64,000 bases of DNA from Octopus vulgaris (GCA_951406725.2 OX597818.1:61628001-61692000), one strand, 5' to 3'; numbered from the stretch's first letter, positions 24,895-37,949 are shown. The notes: generated from the sequence alone by a model not told the origin. Translations and numbers: made by a program.

Positions 24895-26100
24895 ATTTAT
24901 TTCAAATTACAAATATTATGAATGATAATTTACAATTAATTGAATATTTACAAAATTTCAATCTTCTACTAAGTACACTATCACAAAGCAATATTTCTAA
25001 CATAGCAAGACTTTATTAAAAGATGTTAGCGTTACAGATGGTTATAAATGGAGAGGTCAGAAACCTATAGGTCATAAGAACAGTATTTGTCTAAATAGTT
25101 TCTATTATGCTTCAAAATCTATCCGTAAAAACCAACTAATAATGATTCAATATTTATAGAGCTTTTACGATTCCAGTCAATACTGCTTTTACACGTTTAA
25201 ATATTGGTAATAACAGCATTAGATAATGGTAGCAATACTTAAATATATGAATTCGCTGGCCATCACCTAAGGTCTGTAAATGAAACCCAATCACTGTGGT
25301 TCGAACTTAGAGTATGGCCCAAGGGAAGTACGAACAAGATAGATATATTGCTTCGAAATGAGTATTAGAGAGTATTGACTCTAGCTGGACATTTTGTGTT
25401 TTGTAGAGGACATCTCTGCAGACTTATTGACTGTTATAAGAAAACGTATCGTCATTAAGATTATTTGGAGTTATTTAATGGTTAATCATTTATACTTCAT
25501 TGACAATATTAGACGTGCTCTAGGGAAGACAAGTCTGGGTTTTCGTATATTCTGTTATCAGGTATCGTTTATATCTAAATATGTACATATAATTTAACGG
25601 AATAACATTCATGGACCTCCGAATATAGTAGGAAACTTTTGTGAGACAACATACAAGATAAAATTATGAAAGAAGCGCGTAGATATTGAGGACAAAGTAG
25701 AAGGATTTTTAAATTACTGCATATATCCAATAAACTTTATTAGACCCAACAAGTTAAGATTGAGTGACTTTCGTCCAATACGACATAAACATGTTAAGAA
25801 ATAGTGAAAAAGGGTGAGAGACAAACTCACTGAGATGAGAGACATAGTTTCGCGAGTATTGTTGAGTAATTTTAGTCTGAGGTGGACAAATCTCTTACAA
25901 CTCTTTTTACGCTTACCGCATGGAACATAATAACTATAAGTCAGTGCTAATTGGTCGAGTCATAGTCAAGTAGCGAACACCTTTCCTAGTGACGAATTTA
26001 CTTTCATGGTGATGCAATAGGTCGTGATTCTAAGCTGTGAGAATCTGAGATCTATGGTTCAAAATACATTAGGAGCCTCGCTACATCGTAATACTTGGGC
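24895..26100 (-). mobile_element. Possible highly decayed LINE (CR1/Jockey-like) 3' region
   Basis: Non-repetitive stretch with only faint, frameshifted resemblance to post-RT LINE motifs; ends in AATAAA on the minus strand. Confidence 0.3.
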
Positions 26101-26218
26101 ATAAAGGTGTTTCCGTGTTTCGGAGTATTTATTATATGCTTATATATTATAGAATCGATTATTTGTCAAGATTTATTGACCAGGTATCGGATCTTCTAAG
26201 AATCCTAATAGTACATTG

Positions 26219-26255
<37 letters not shown>

Positions 26256-26982
26256 CGCGTGTATATACGTACACAAACACTCCTCGGACACTGGAAAATG
26301 GTCAGCCATACACTGACCAGTTTGTCCAAACGCTTTTCGGACATCAGACTTGGTATTGACACTCCGGTCGCACCATTTTCTGCACGGATGGTCATTTCCT
26401 GTAACATCAGTTTATGCACAGAGGACATCTAGAGTCCGTTTCCGTCTGGAGCAGGAATGAATTTTTCTCTTTCCATTCTCCAGTCCCTTAAAGTCTAAAA
26501 TCTCGACCCCTTTTCATTTAAACCTTTGTTCCACGCACATTGACACTCATTACACAACTCTTGGCCTTCCACGACACACGCACACAAACAGTATATACAC
26601 ACACCTAGACATGCACACTTCTTCCTACTCCATATTCACACAAGCGCCAACACAGCCATATCCGTTTTTACACTTAAGGTAGAAAATATATAACCACACA
26701 CCTACACTTCCCAACACCTACCACTGTTATACTGTAACACACACTACATCCTCATACTCGGCCTAACACACATAAACGCCTCCATATACGCACACATACA
26801 CACCACAAAGTATATACAAGCACACATTAGCTTCTCACGCACGCCCACACACACACACGCACTTTCATAGTAATATAAACGCATAATGAGAGCAAGGACC
26901 CACACACTCTCACACGCACATGCACAAACGTACATAATGGCTTTACATATGCATGCACATACACATAGACTTACATATGTAT

Positions 26983-27211
26983 ATTTCTTTACTGCCCACA
27001 AGGGGCTAAACACAGAGGGGACAAACAAGGACAGACAAAGGGATTAAGTTGATTACATTGACCCCAGTGCGAAACTGGTACTTATTTAATTGACGCCGAA
27101 AGGATGAAAGGCAAAGTCGACCTTGGTGGAATTTGAACTCAGAACGTAGCGGCAGACGAAATACCGCTAAGCATTTCACCCGCCGTGCCAACGTTTCTGA
27201 CAGCTCGCCGT
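26983..27211 (-). mobile_element. SINE family B, full length
   Basis: Colinear with 10078-10309. Confidence 0.9.
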
Positions 27212-27354
27212 CTTAGAAATAATTATAACAAATGCAGTTAATTAGGGATTCCTGTTACATTGTCTTTCATTTATTAATAATTACTCTTTGTAGTCTCCGA
27301 AAGGTTTAACTCAACACATATGGCAGTGGGGATTTCATGTAAAAGAAAAAAAAA

Positions 27355-27696
27355 TCCCCTTTGATCCTGAATGACCATGGGATTGTTATGCCTACAAAGT
27401 TAACATCTGAGGTACAAGTCTGGGTAAGGTTGTTTATGGGAGACCAGCAGCCACCCCCTCCATACCAACCTCCCCTCTCCACGCCACCAATGTTATCCAA
27501 GGGAAAGGCAAAGGGGCCGATACAGTTTGGCACCAGTGACATTGCAACTCATTTCTACAGTTGAGTGAACTGGAGCAACGTGAAATAAAGTGTCTTGCTC
27601 AAGAACACAGCACAACACAGAGCCCAGTCCAGGAATAACACACTCACTACCTCATGGTTGTGAGTGCAACACTAACCACTGAGCCATGCGCCTTCA
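27355..27696 (-). mobile_element. tRNA-derived SINE family E
   Basis: Reverse complement gaaggcgcatggctcagtggttag...cttgagcaagacactttatttcacgttgctccag; head and core shared with the 45169, 52597 and 63085 copies. Confidence 0.8.
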
Positions 27697-27766
27697 TACT
27701 GACTTTGTGTAGCTAATGGCTTACCATTGTTTCTGAATTGATGAACATTGTGTGTTTACTGTTGGG

Positions 27767-28118
27767 GTTTGTTTGTTTGTTTTGTTTGAGCAAAGCGGTC
27801 TTCATCCTGGGAGAAGTCCGAAACGTGGTCCTTTGCTATTCGTAAGACCCACAGAAGAGAAAGCAGGTCAACCCCCGACACCGAGAGCATCGACAGATGG
27901 ATGAATGCGCATCCAGGCTCAGCGGTTGTGTAGGAAGTCGGGGACAAGAAACAGGAAGAAAGAGTACAACAGGGGCTGCCACCACCCCCTGCCAGAGCCT
28001 CGTGGAGCTTTAGGTGTTTTCGCTCAATAAACACACACACCGCCCAGTCTGGGAATCGAAACCGCGATTGTCTGACTGCGAGTCCACTGCCCTAACCACT
28101 GGGTCATTGCGCCTCCAC
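27767..28118 (-). mobile_element. tRNA-derived SINE family D, (CAAA)n-tailed variant
   Basis: Reverse complement gtggaggcgcaatgacccagtggttagggcag...ggtttcgattcccagac...aaacacctaaagctccacgaggctc. Confidence 0.85.
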
Positions 28119-28584
28119 TACTGTTGGGGTATTTATCAAGAATGGTAAATCAGGTATTTTACAGTCACAGCCTGTGCATGTAGAAAGGGGCACAAAAGAG
28201 AGGAATTATGACAATAAGTTACGCGTTTTTTTTCTTTTTGCTATTAGAGTAAATAGTCTATCTTCTGAGAACAATTGAGAAAAATCACTCAACTGTAGTA
28301 AAAGGCGGTTTATAGTGGATACATATAGGTAATGTATAGTATAATTTTCATTTATTGTTGTAATTTGACTATTTCTACATTGAGATTAAGAAAAGAAATC
28401 AATATTAATTTTTCATTTTATCTAGTATCACGTATAATTTAACAATAATAAGATGCTTTCATTTGACCCAGACAGTTCCACGTAAGCTGAGGAGTGAGGT
28501 GGTGGTGGTGGGGCAAAGATTCCAATGTCTTTCTTTGATCATATGTTTGCTTAGTCGCGGAATGACCCGGGGCTAAACAAAAAG

Positions 28585-28948
28585 CGTGGCTGTGTGTTTA
28601 AGAAGTTCGCTGTGTAAACATGTGGTTTCGGGTTCAATCCGGTTGTGCAGCGCTTCAGATAAGTTTTCTTGTGATACAACCCTAGGCGAATCAATGCCTA
28701 GTGAGTGAATTTGGTTGATGGAAACTGTGTGGAATCCCACCTTGTGTGTGTGTATGCACAGGTGTTTTTGTGTTTGCCTCACCATTTGACAGCTGGCGTT
28801 GGTTTGTTTACACCCATATAACCATAGTTTGCCAAAAACGGATTGACAGAAAAGGTACCAGAATTAATAAGAACTAGAGTAAATTTGCTCAACTAATCCT
28901 TCAAGGTGGTGCCCCAGCATGGCCACAGTCCAATGACTGAAACAAGTA
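28585..28948 (+). mobile_element. SINE family A, old copy
   Basis: gcgtggctgtgtgtttaagaagttcgc...gggttcaatcc...ccagcatggccacagtccaatgactgaaacaagt. Confidence 0.75.
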
Positions 28949-29580
28949 TGAAACACTTTATAAAAAATCATCTTTCTAATCTTTGCTGTATTGACTTATG
29001 TTTCGATTTCTTTTGATTGATTCATAAATCTGAACTTGTTTAGTAGCAGACCTTGACTTAAATCTGATGCCACCAATGGACTACCATTAATTCATTTTAA
29101 TCTGACCTGCATCATCAATTCTCATCAAACATTTATAATGCATTAAAAACTCAGATCACTAATGTCAAGTTCTTAGCTCTCGTAGAATCAGAATAAGATA
29201 TGCAACCAATTATGGCATGAAGATATAATCATTAGAATTCTAGGAGACTTGCAGCACTCTACTTGGTAACAAGCAATTCACAGGGGGGAAAAAATAACAG
29301 ATTGTATTTAAGGTTGTAATCGTGCAACGAAAGTTGTATACTTGATTAGGGGGTAAAAAAGAAATATGAAGAAAAAGATGGAAGATATAACAGACAGTAG
29401 AAGTATATTTCAAAACCAATATTAAACAAAGCTTGTTAAAGATTTCGTTAAAAATTATTATGATTAATGTACTTAAAACGGTGGAAAATCAATATTTTTG
29501 ATCTGAAGAGTTAGCTCTGTGAGTTTCTACATAGTGTTTTGAGATAAAAACATGGTTACTGATCAAATAACACATGCATA

Positions 29581-29598
29581 CTGTTGCATTCTGGGTAC
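29581..29598 (-). promoter_or_regulatory. Second Staf/ZNF143-like motif
   Basis: Reverse complement GTACCCAGAATGCAACAG. Confidence 0.3.
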
Positions 29599-29871
29599 TT
29601 TTTAAGCTGATTTAAGTGCATTTATAATAATTATTTTAAAAAATTTAGATCCTTAGTGATTAAGGTTTGATATTGATTTTTAAAATATCTACTTTCGTTA
29701 AATTTTAAAACTAAGCAATTATACAAATTTTCTTTACATAACTGCAACTTCAAATATGTGGTTTAAATTGAAAGATAACTAGCAGAAATATAGTCAAGTT
29801 GGTTGGGTATGTCTATGTAGGTAATTTGTATATTAAATCAATACTGCCTAAATACCTAGTGTGTCACATGC

Positions 29872-30550
29872 AGTAGGCATCTGTCAGTCTCGAGAGAGAG
29901 ATCATGGATCTGTGCCTGAAGAAATCGTGTCAACTGTTGATGTTGGTGCAGCCTCTGCTGTCGCTGTAGAGGCCCTCACCAAAGGAGATTGATAAAATAA
30001 CTTAGCAGTTCGCCAAACGGGATCGATAAAATAATTTAGTGGTTCGCCAAAAAAAGTGATAAAATAACTTGGTGGTTCGCCAAACGGGATCGATAAAATA
30101 ACTTAGCGGTTCACCAAATGGGATGGGTAAAATAACTTAGCGGCTCGCCAAAGAATATCGATAAAATAACTTAGCGGTTCGGCAAAACGGGATCGATAAA
30201 ATAACCTAGCGGTTCACCAAATGGGATCGATAAAATAACTTAGAGGTTCACACATACAGCGACTGCATTTGAATCAGCTCTCCACTGGCGCTAATGGATT
30301 TTCTTCCCATTGAGTATGCTTTTCTTTGAGGACATTTTTCTCTTTCTCTTCCATTCACTTTCATCCCCTTTCGCAGTATTTATCTCCAGCGAGGCTGATC
30401 ATTTGCAAACTCCTCCCATCTCAGGATGACCAGATGAAGCAACTTCATATCTGTCTTGAAATGAAGATGAGGTCGTCCTCATCCTCTTGTGTCATGGGAC
30501 AATTCTTTTGGGACCCTCCTGCCCAGCATGCACTGGACTTGGTCATGTGC
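29872..30550 (-). mobile_element. RTE-clade LINE 3' fragment, decayed and interrupted
   Basis: Minus-strand translation VQCMLGRRVPKEL...RG*GRPHLHFKTDMK...WEEFANDQPRWR...FKCSRC // GLYSDSRGC fits the RTE C-terminus with its Zn finger; 3' UTR ends ctcgagactgacagatgcctac. Confidence 0.8.
29975..30250 (+). repeat. ~33-bp tandem array (about 8 copies) derived from a SINE A internal segment
   Basis: Unit gataaaataacttagcggttcgccaaacgggatc resembles SINE A aacttagcggttcggcaaaagagaccgatagaataa. Confidence 0.9.
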
Positions 30551-30779
30551 ATCATATCTCACACAACGTGGTAAATAATGATCAACACCTTCAACTTCCT
30601 CAATACTATACACCCACTCAGTTGAGGGGTCCTGACTTCCAAGTTGCTTGGTGACCCTTAACCCCTAGGCCAGACACATGCAAAAAAATCCCCAGTACTT
30701 CCTGTAAAGTAATTGGCATTAATAAGGACATCCACCTGTAGAAACCATGCCAAGGTGGACATTGCTTTATTATGTTTTA

Positions 30780-31140
30780 CCTTTTTAAACCTTTTATTTG
30801 TTTCAGTTATTAGACTGCGGCTATGCTAGGACACTTCTTTCAAGAACTTTAGTCCAACAAATCAATCCTATTTCTTTTTCTTCTTTTAAGAATGGTATTT
30901 CCTTTATAAATCTGTTTACCGAACGCCTAAGTTACAGAGATGTTAACACACAACACAGGTTGTCAAAGGGTAGGAGAGAGACAAACACACACACGCATGT
31001 GCATGTATATGACAGACGTCTTTCAGTTCCTGGCTACCAAATCCACTCACAAGGCTTTTGGTCGGCCTGAGGCTATAGTAGAAGATACTTGCTCAAGGTG
31101 TCATGCTATGAGATTCTTGCCACACAACCTTGCCTCTGCC
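30780..31140 (-). mobile_element. SINE family A, diverged
   Basis: Colinear match. Confidence 0.75.
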
Positions 31141-31272
31141 TATGTAAAGGATGATGGTTTACAACTTTGATTCCCTTCCATATTTAGGTTCTTAAAAACA
31201 CTTCTTATAAACACATCATGACAAACCTGATAATAATAATAATAATAATAATATTTAAAATTATATAAATAA

Positions 31273-31309
<37 letters not shown>

Positions 31310-31489
31310 GCTTTGTTGTTTTACCAAAGGTTTAGTCTGTATTCTCTCCTGATACATCTTTGGCAATATAGGAATTCCTCGAGGACATGATTTAAACAGA
31401 CATTCTACATCAGATACGTCAATCAACCAATTGTACACAACAGAAAGACAACAGGAAACATTGTTGTGTAAGAATGTCAGAAGAAGCTT

Positions 31490-32100
31490 TTGGCATACGT
31501 GTGTGGGGTAAGAAGCTTACTTTCTAATCATATAATTCTGAGTTCAGTCCCACTGCATGGCATCTTGGGCCAGTATCTTCTACTACAGCCTTGGGCTGAC
31601 CCAAAGCCTTGTAAGTGGATTTGGCAGATGGAAACTGAAAGAAACCTGTTGAATATATATAGTAAATCCAAAATATAAAAAAAATGAAGGCCAAACACAA
31701 AAAACAATAACCCAAGGACATGGCACATGTAAAGTATTATCAGAGGCTCAGGAAAGGAAAGAAAGGTGGATTTTATGTTTCGAGTAAAAGCTCTTCTTCG
31801 GAAACAGAAGTCAGAGGAAAGTCCGAGAGAAAAGGAGGATGGAGAAAAAAAAATCACCAACGATTCACATGTTGCTACATCTAATAACGTGTGTATGTAT
31901 ATATGTGCATATGTGTGTGTGTGTGTCTGTCCCCCCACCACAACATGGCAACTGGTGTTGGTGTGTTTATGTCCCCCATAACTTAGCAGTTAAAAAAAAA
32001 CAACCCAATAGAATAAGTATCAGGCTTTGAGAAAAAAATTCTTCAAGACAATGCTCCAGTATGGCCACAGTGACTGAAACAAGTAAAATGATAAAAATGA
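31490..32100 (+). mobile_element. SINE family A interrupted at its (TA)n tract
   Basis: 5' half 31490-31660, 3' half from about 31890. Confidence 0.8.
31660..31885 (-). mobile_element. Penelope-like terminal-repeat remnant with a hammerhead-like motif (31770-31805)
   Basis: Reverse complement ttt CCGAAGA a gag-ctttta-ctc GAAA ca TA aaa; 3' end runs into (TA)n. Confidence 0.55.
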
Positions 32101-32459
32101 ATTAAAAAAAATGAACAATCGGGTGGTTTGGGTGACACCTGCAATAGCTGTGACCTGCCCTGAGCCTTGTGTGTGGGGAGAAACTGAACGAAGCCCATTG
32201 TCAGAGTATGAGCATATTTCCTTGTCTTGACATCATGTGAACTCTGTAAACAAGCCTCAGTGTTATACAAGCAGTGTTGTTCACTTCCAATATTCTAAAA
32301 TGTGTTTGCCTCAAAGAGAAATAGTACTTTGCTTGGAAACTGGTGGGGGTTAGCAATGAGAAGAGCATCTAGCCATAGAAAATCTACTTCAATGAATTTT
32401 TACCAAAGCATGAAAAGAAATGTGGCCATTAATTCAATGATGATGATGATGATATATAT

Positions 32460-32497
<38 letters not shown>

Positions 32498-32518
32498 TCA
32501 TCATCATCATCATCTTAA

Positions 32519-32741
32519 AATTATAACTAAAGGTATCTAAAAGATACCACCATGCTAGAGATAGCAGTCAAGACTTGACTCTAAAACCACATCAGGTATT
32601 CATACAGCATAACTTTGCTAGTTTATTTGTCTATTTGTCTTTTCTCCAGGTGCTGTATGAATACTTGATGTGGTTTTAGAGTCAAGTTTTGACTGCTATC
32701 TCTAGCATGGTGGTATCTTTTAGATACCTTTAATTATAATT
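32519..32741. repeat. Near-perfect inverted repeat: 91-bp arms, 41-nt spacer
   Basis: Arms 32519-32609 and 32651-32741 differ at 3 positions. Confidence 0.95.
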
Positions 32742-32815
32742 ATAACAATAATTATTACCAATAAGGTTTTTATTCCCATGCTGGCCACTTGATAAGATCG
32801 ATATTTTAATAACAA

Positions 32816-32850
<35 letters not shown>

Positions 32851-33082
32851 AAAAGCACTTAGCACATGCTAGCATGGAAAGTGGATGCTAAACGACGATG
32901 ATGATGATGATGATGTAAAGCAGTTGGACCTAGGAAGGACGTCTATCTGTAGAAACCAAGCCAAACAGACAATGGAACCTGCTACAACTACCAGCCTTGC
33001 CAGCTATCAAACCATCCAACCCATGCCAGCATGGAAAACCAATATTAATTGACGGTGATGATGATAATGATGACGATATTAG

Positions 33083-33087
<5 letters not shown>

Positions 33088-33178
<91 letters not shown>
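33088..33178. repeat. (GA)n microsatellite
   Basis: Seen directly. Confidence 0.98.
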
Positions 33179-33181
<3 letters not shown>

Positions 33182-34865
33182 TACATAGATAGATAGATAG
33201 ACCAAAATATATTTTGCCTGAAAATATTAGTTGTCATCAGTTACAAACCCAGGCAGTAAATATAGTTATCGTATGTTTAATTCTAAATAAAATTACTAGA
33301 TTTTTATCATAAAATGATTATCTATAATTTTTGTGAACAATGTATCGTGTAACGACTGATAGTCTGGTATGGTGGATTCTAATCAGCGCTCTATTGATGG
33401 AAGGTCATGTATCTTGATCAACAGAACAAATAATTCAAAGTTTTAATGAACCCATTCATAGATAACACCATATATGGCACATAAATTCTTATATTTACCA
33501 TTTCTTTCAATGTCTTATTTTCATTTATTTTTTTGTGTGTCTGTTTATTTATGAACTTTTTTTTTCCCAGTGAAAATAACTTTTATGCTGGAAACTGAAA
33601 CAAAATCTTTAAGAGTTACCATCCAGTTGGCATTCACTAACAATATTTTCAACCATTGGCATTCAAAAAGATATACTACCTTATTACATATATATATTTA
33701 TATATATATATATATATATACTGCAAAGATTTAACTTAATTATTAAGAAAGGAAAACTAAGTCAACATTTGTATCTAGAGCAAACACCTTCCATATATAT
33801 ATTTATTGCAAGTATATTCTGCATTTTATTTACTATTGTTCTTTATTATTTTTTGCCAACCATGTTTTAAATATATAACAACTTTGTGGCAATAGAAAGA
33901 ATTATATGTATTGTATAAAGTTTCACAGTTGTGGCATTCATGCTGTCCTCTTTCTTTGGGCAACAAGTAGATGTCGATGTCTATAAACGTTTGTTTGTTA
34001 GTGAGACAGACACTATAACATCAGGATAAAAATGGAGTCTTACAAAAATAACTTTACCAGAGATGCTCTGACTTTCTTAAATAGACATTTTATATCCTAC
34101 TTTATTATCATTTTAAATTTGGTTTCAGGTATAGAATGAAAATGGTGCAATCAGGATTTCTAGTGTGAAACCTAGCAATCAGATCTTGTTTTAGTACTTA
34201 TCCTAGTCTATTTTAAAATCTAACGGAACAGAGAAGCCGGAATATATTTATACAGATTTCAATCTTCAAGATAAATTGTTCTATATTTTCTTACTCAAAG
34301 TGAGTTACACACATTAGTCAGAGGAATTATCTTCCTTCTAATACAACCCCCACCAAGCAGATAATTAAGAGCAGCATCATAAACCTTCCCACATGATGCT
34401 GAAATATGGCATCTGTGTCTATTAATCCCATTCTATGGGTCAACAGAAGTGGGAATGGCAGAACGGCTAAGGTATTCAATTATCTGCTGACAGTTCAATA
34501 AGTCGAGATCTGCTGTTCACATGCTGTTGTGTTTCTGCACAGATCACTTCATTCAATGCTGTCTCAATTTACCAAGCTGTTGAGAACAAATACTCAATCA
34601 TCTACGAGCATTATCAAACCCACATCCTGTCCAGTCGAGATTGTCTCTTATTCATTTCATGTGGGGAAACTGGTGTTAAACACCAGCTCTCTAATTACAG
34701 AGATATATATATTTCAGTTTAATATTTTCCGGATATTTTTTAATTGTATCTACACAGATGTTGGGTACATATAACAGGGTACCATACCACCAACCGACAT
34801 ACCAACAGTTTGTATATTGTTCCTAAAAAGCAACTATCCATCCAGTAGCTTAGTTTGAATAGTTG

Positions 34866-35139
34866 TATGTTTTGAGTCGTTTCGGCTGCAGAGTTTCCTT
34901 TTTTGTACTCATAAAGCATTATGTGCCTCAAATGCTCTTTGGATACTTCCAGGTTAGAAAGGGTTTTAATCAAAGAAATGTTAATTCTATTATTCTGTAA
35001 AATAATATTTAATTAGTTTAAATATACACAAATGCATAAAAATAATTTTTAATTCTGTTAAACATTCTAATATACTATTAAATTTCATTCAATTTTAAAA
35101 AAAGGTAAAATTGGACAGAACTTATGGGATGACCTGATA
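34866..35139 (-). mobile_element. Mariner transposon 5' end (TIR plus transposase N-terminus), truncated
   Basis: TA|tcaggtcatcccataagttctgtcc terminus; peptide EVSKEHLRHIMLYEYKKGNSAAETTQNI matches the first HTH of mariner transposases. Confidence 0.85.
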
Positions 35140-36128
35140 GTAACAGCTCACCATCTCTCTAAAACTGACAAGAAGTTAGCTTGGAGTGTTTAATCCAATT
35201 CCACTTATCAAGGGAAAATGTGATAAGCAAAGGGTATAAAAAGAAAACAGTAAAAAAATAGGGTCCTCTATCATAATGGTAAAACTAATTTTGAGTTTCT
35301 ATTTCTTCAGCTTCTCTCTGAAAATTGGAACTGATGACAAACCTATTCTCCTAAATTCTTTTACTGCTGAATGTGATTTCAGTTAAGTTACCAGATGTTG
35401 CCATACACATTCAACCATAATCAAGTAAACAAACCAACAAGGAAGCCTCCTCTATAGTCAGTCACATAATCTGCTAGAAATAACAGTCATATGTCACACA
35501 AATCACACTGTGTAATCTTAGAGAAAAAGAAGAAAAGAGAAAGAAAAACACACATTTGAGATTAATTATATCTGAAATGACAGGATGGTCACAGCTAGAA
35601 GGCTTAATTGCAAGTCTGCTTGATCAAGAATGAGCTGAATCTAAAGAACAACATGTCCAGATAAAAATGCCTTCTTCTTCAAAACTGGTAGAATAAAAGC
35701 TCCCTATTGACTATGCTAATATATAATATAATAATGAAATACAGCATCACTGGAAACAGGTAGGCCATTGACAATGTGGCACTGGAAGAGTTAATTCACT
35801 TTCACTCTACACAATAACAGCCTCCCTGCTTTCAAGCAGCAATTAATGGCTTTCACTTCCCATTCTATTCAGACTTTACTTGGTATTCCCATCGTGAGTT
35901 CAAGAAGTCACACATGCTCCTTTTATAGTCACTAGATAATGGGTATCCTCTGCTGCCATAACCATGCAGTCACCTGCATCATGCTTCTGTCTTCTGTTTC
36001 GTGTTATCCATCTTTGTGTGTGGTACTTCTTCCTTCACTTTATAGAAAGCAACATTCTGAAGCTCTTCCAAAGACTACGGATGTTTCCAATAATGTGTGT
36101 AAATTCCCATGTTCTTTTTATATGACTA

Positions 36129-36506
36129 CTAGCAGTATCGCCCGGCGTTGCTCGGGTTTGTTTCGACCCTTTAGAATTGGAATTTTTGAAAAGTAAAAAT
36201 TTTGCATTATGTAGCTTAACATTTTTCTAGTTGAAATACACCAAAAAATGACGACACAGCAGTCAAAAAATTGTAAAAAATAGGGATTTTCATAGAAAAA
36301 AAAGCACCTTTTTGATGTAAATAATTTTTGGTGTTAACATGGTCCAATTTGAATTTTATCTTCTATGGAAGGAAGAGCAAGCCTTCTTCTATGATGCCCT
36401 CAATTTTGGTCAACTTGCGCTTCAGGGTCTCGGAGGAGATAGTGTTAGTTGAAGGCTACCAAACCTGCCATACACACAGACAACTTCAGCTTTATGTATA
36501 TAGAGA
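36129..36506 (-). mobile_element. Non-autonomous Helitron
   Basis: Reverse complement A|TCtctatatacataaagctgaagttg...cccgagcaacgccggg hairpin...CTAG|T; no TSD. Confidence 0.88.
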
Positions 36507-36830
36507 TGAGAATTAGTGAGAAGGTCTAGTTTTATCTAAATCAATAATGCAGATTTACCGGGGAAAAAAAAGGAAGTTTGATTTATATTGTACTTTGAAG
36601 GGAACAAATACATAACTTATGAATCAGTCAGGGATAAAGTAAGGAGAATTCTTGCTCTGGATCATCCAAAAATGATGTTGATTCTTTAAAAAAACAAAAC
36701 AAAAACTAATGCATATAAATTTAACACACTGAAAACTATTTTGACTCAAAACTTTTGAAACGGTTGCAAGACGCAATGAAAATTTTAGAAAAATAGAAAA
36801 GAAATTTTACCAGTGAGTGTGGTAAATTAT

Positions 36831-37133
36831 CACCATGACCGACTAGGCTATCAAGTGTTGCTACACATCACTGGTCACAATGTGCTTCGCATTGTTTTAG
36901 CCTTCAAATGACACCACCCCGCTGGCTAAGCGAGCAGGCCAACAGAAGAAAGAGTGAGAGAAAGTTGTGGTGAAAGAGTACAGCAGGGATTGCCAGCAAC
37001 CCCTGCCGGAGCCTCGTGGAGCTTTTAGGTGTTTTCACTCAATAAACACTTACAACGCCCGGTCTGGGAATCGAAACCACGATCCTACAACCGTGAGTCC
37101 GCTGCCCTAACCACTTGGCCATTACACCTCCAC
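36831..37133 (-). mobile_element. SINE family D
   Basis: tRNA-like head; degenerate ~16-bp TSD gagtgtggtaaattat / gtgtgtgttaaattat. Confidence 0.85.
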
Positions 37134-37949
37134 GTGTGTGTTAAATTATAAGGCACCAAAAGAGAATGACTCTCCCCAGACACAACAAAATATGCTTCAA
37201 CACACGTACTCACACAAAGAATCTTGCAAACCAAATCCAAAAACGAAATGCATATAAAGTTAAAATCTATTTATTGTTATCACGTTTCTGTTAAAATACA
37301 TTGACTTAGTTCCAAGTAATTTCGAAAATAATGAAGAATTTAATAAAATAGCCATTTTGGTTGTTAAACTGGTATTTAGAACATAAATTGACATGAAATT
37401 TCCATGGTAAGTTTTAATTTAGATTACTTCAAAGCAGCAAAACGTATTATAGAACCAGAGGTGTTCTCAGGCAGATTGTTATCAAAAGGGTTAACAAGGT
37501 ACCTACCGAAGTGAAGAACTACAAGCTATATGAAACAATATAGTTTCCTATTTGTTTGTATCAGAGAATTTGAAGGTAAACCTCAGGTGACACAATAAAT
37601 AGTAACGAACTCTGATTAGTTTAATGTTTACGGAGTGTATTTACTTAGAGCAGTAATGTAATAAAGAGAGAAAGAGGATTGGTTTCCAAGCCAGAATTTA
37701 AACAACTTGATAGGTTAAAGATAGGAAATTTGATAACAAACAACAAAGAAGGAATGGAAGTTTATTTCTTCTACCTGTGTATTTTTAGTTGTCTGTGATG
37801 ATTTAAAATTCTTTTTTTTTCAAAGTCAAACAGAGCTTTGTGTTTACAAGGGAGCAAATATAAGAATGAATAAGAATAAATAAAAACATTCTCAGCAAGA
37901 GAAATAAGGGGCAAAATATACCAAACTAAAAAAAAAGAAAGAAAGAATA

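Noticed and set aside
26318-26350. Resemblance to miR-219 (ttgtccaaacgc...ggacatc)
   Set aside because: Seed mismatch and the hairpin is far too short for a pre-miRNA
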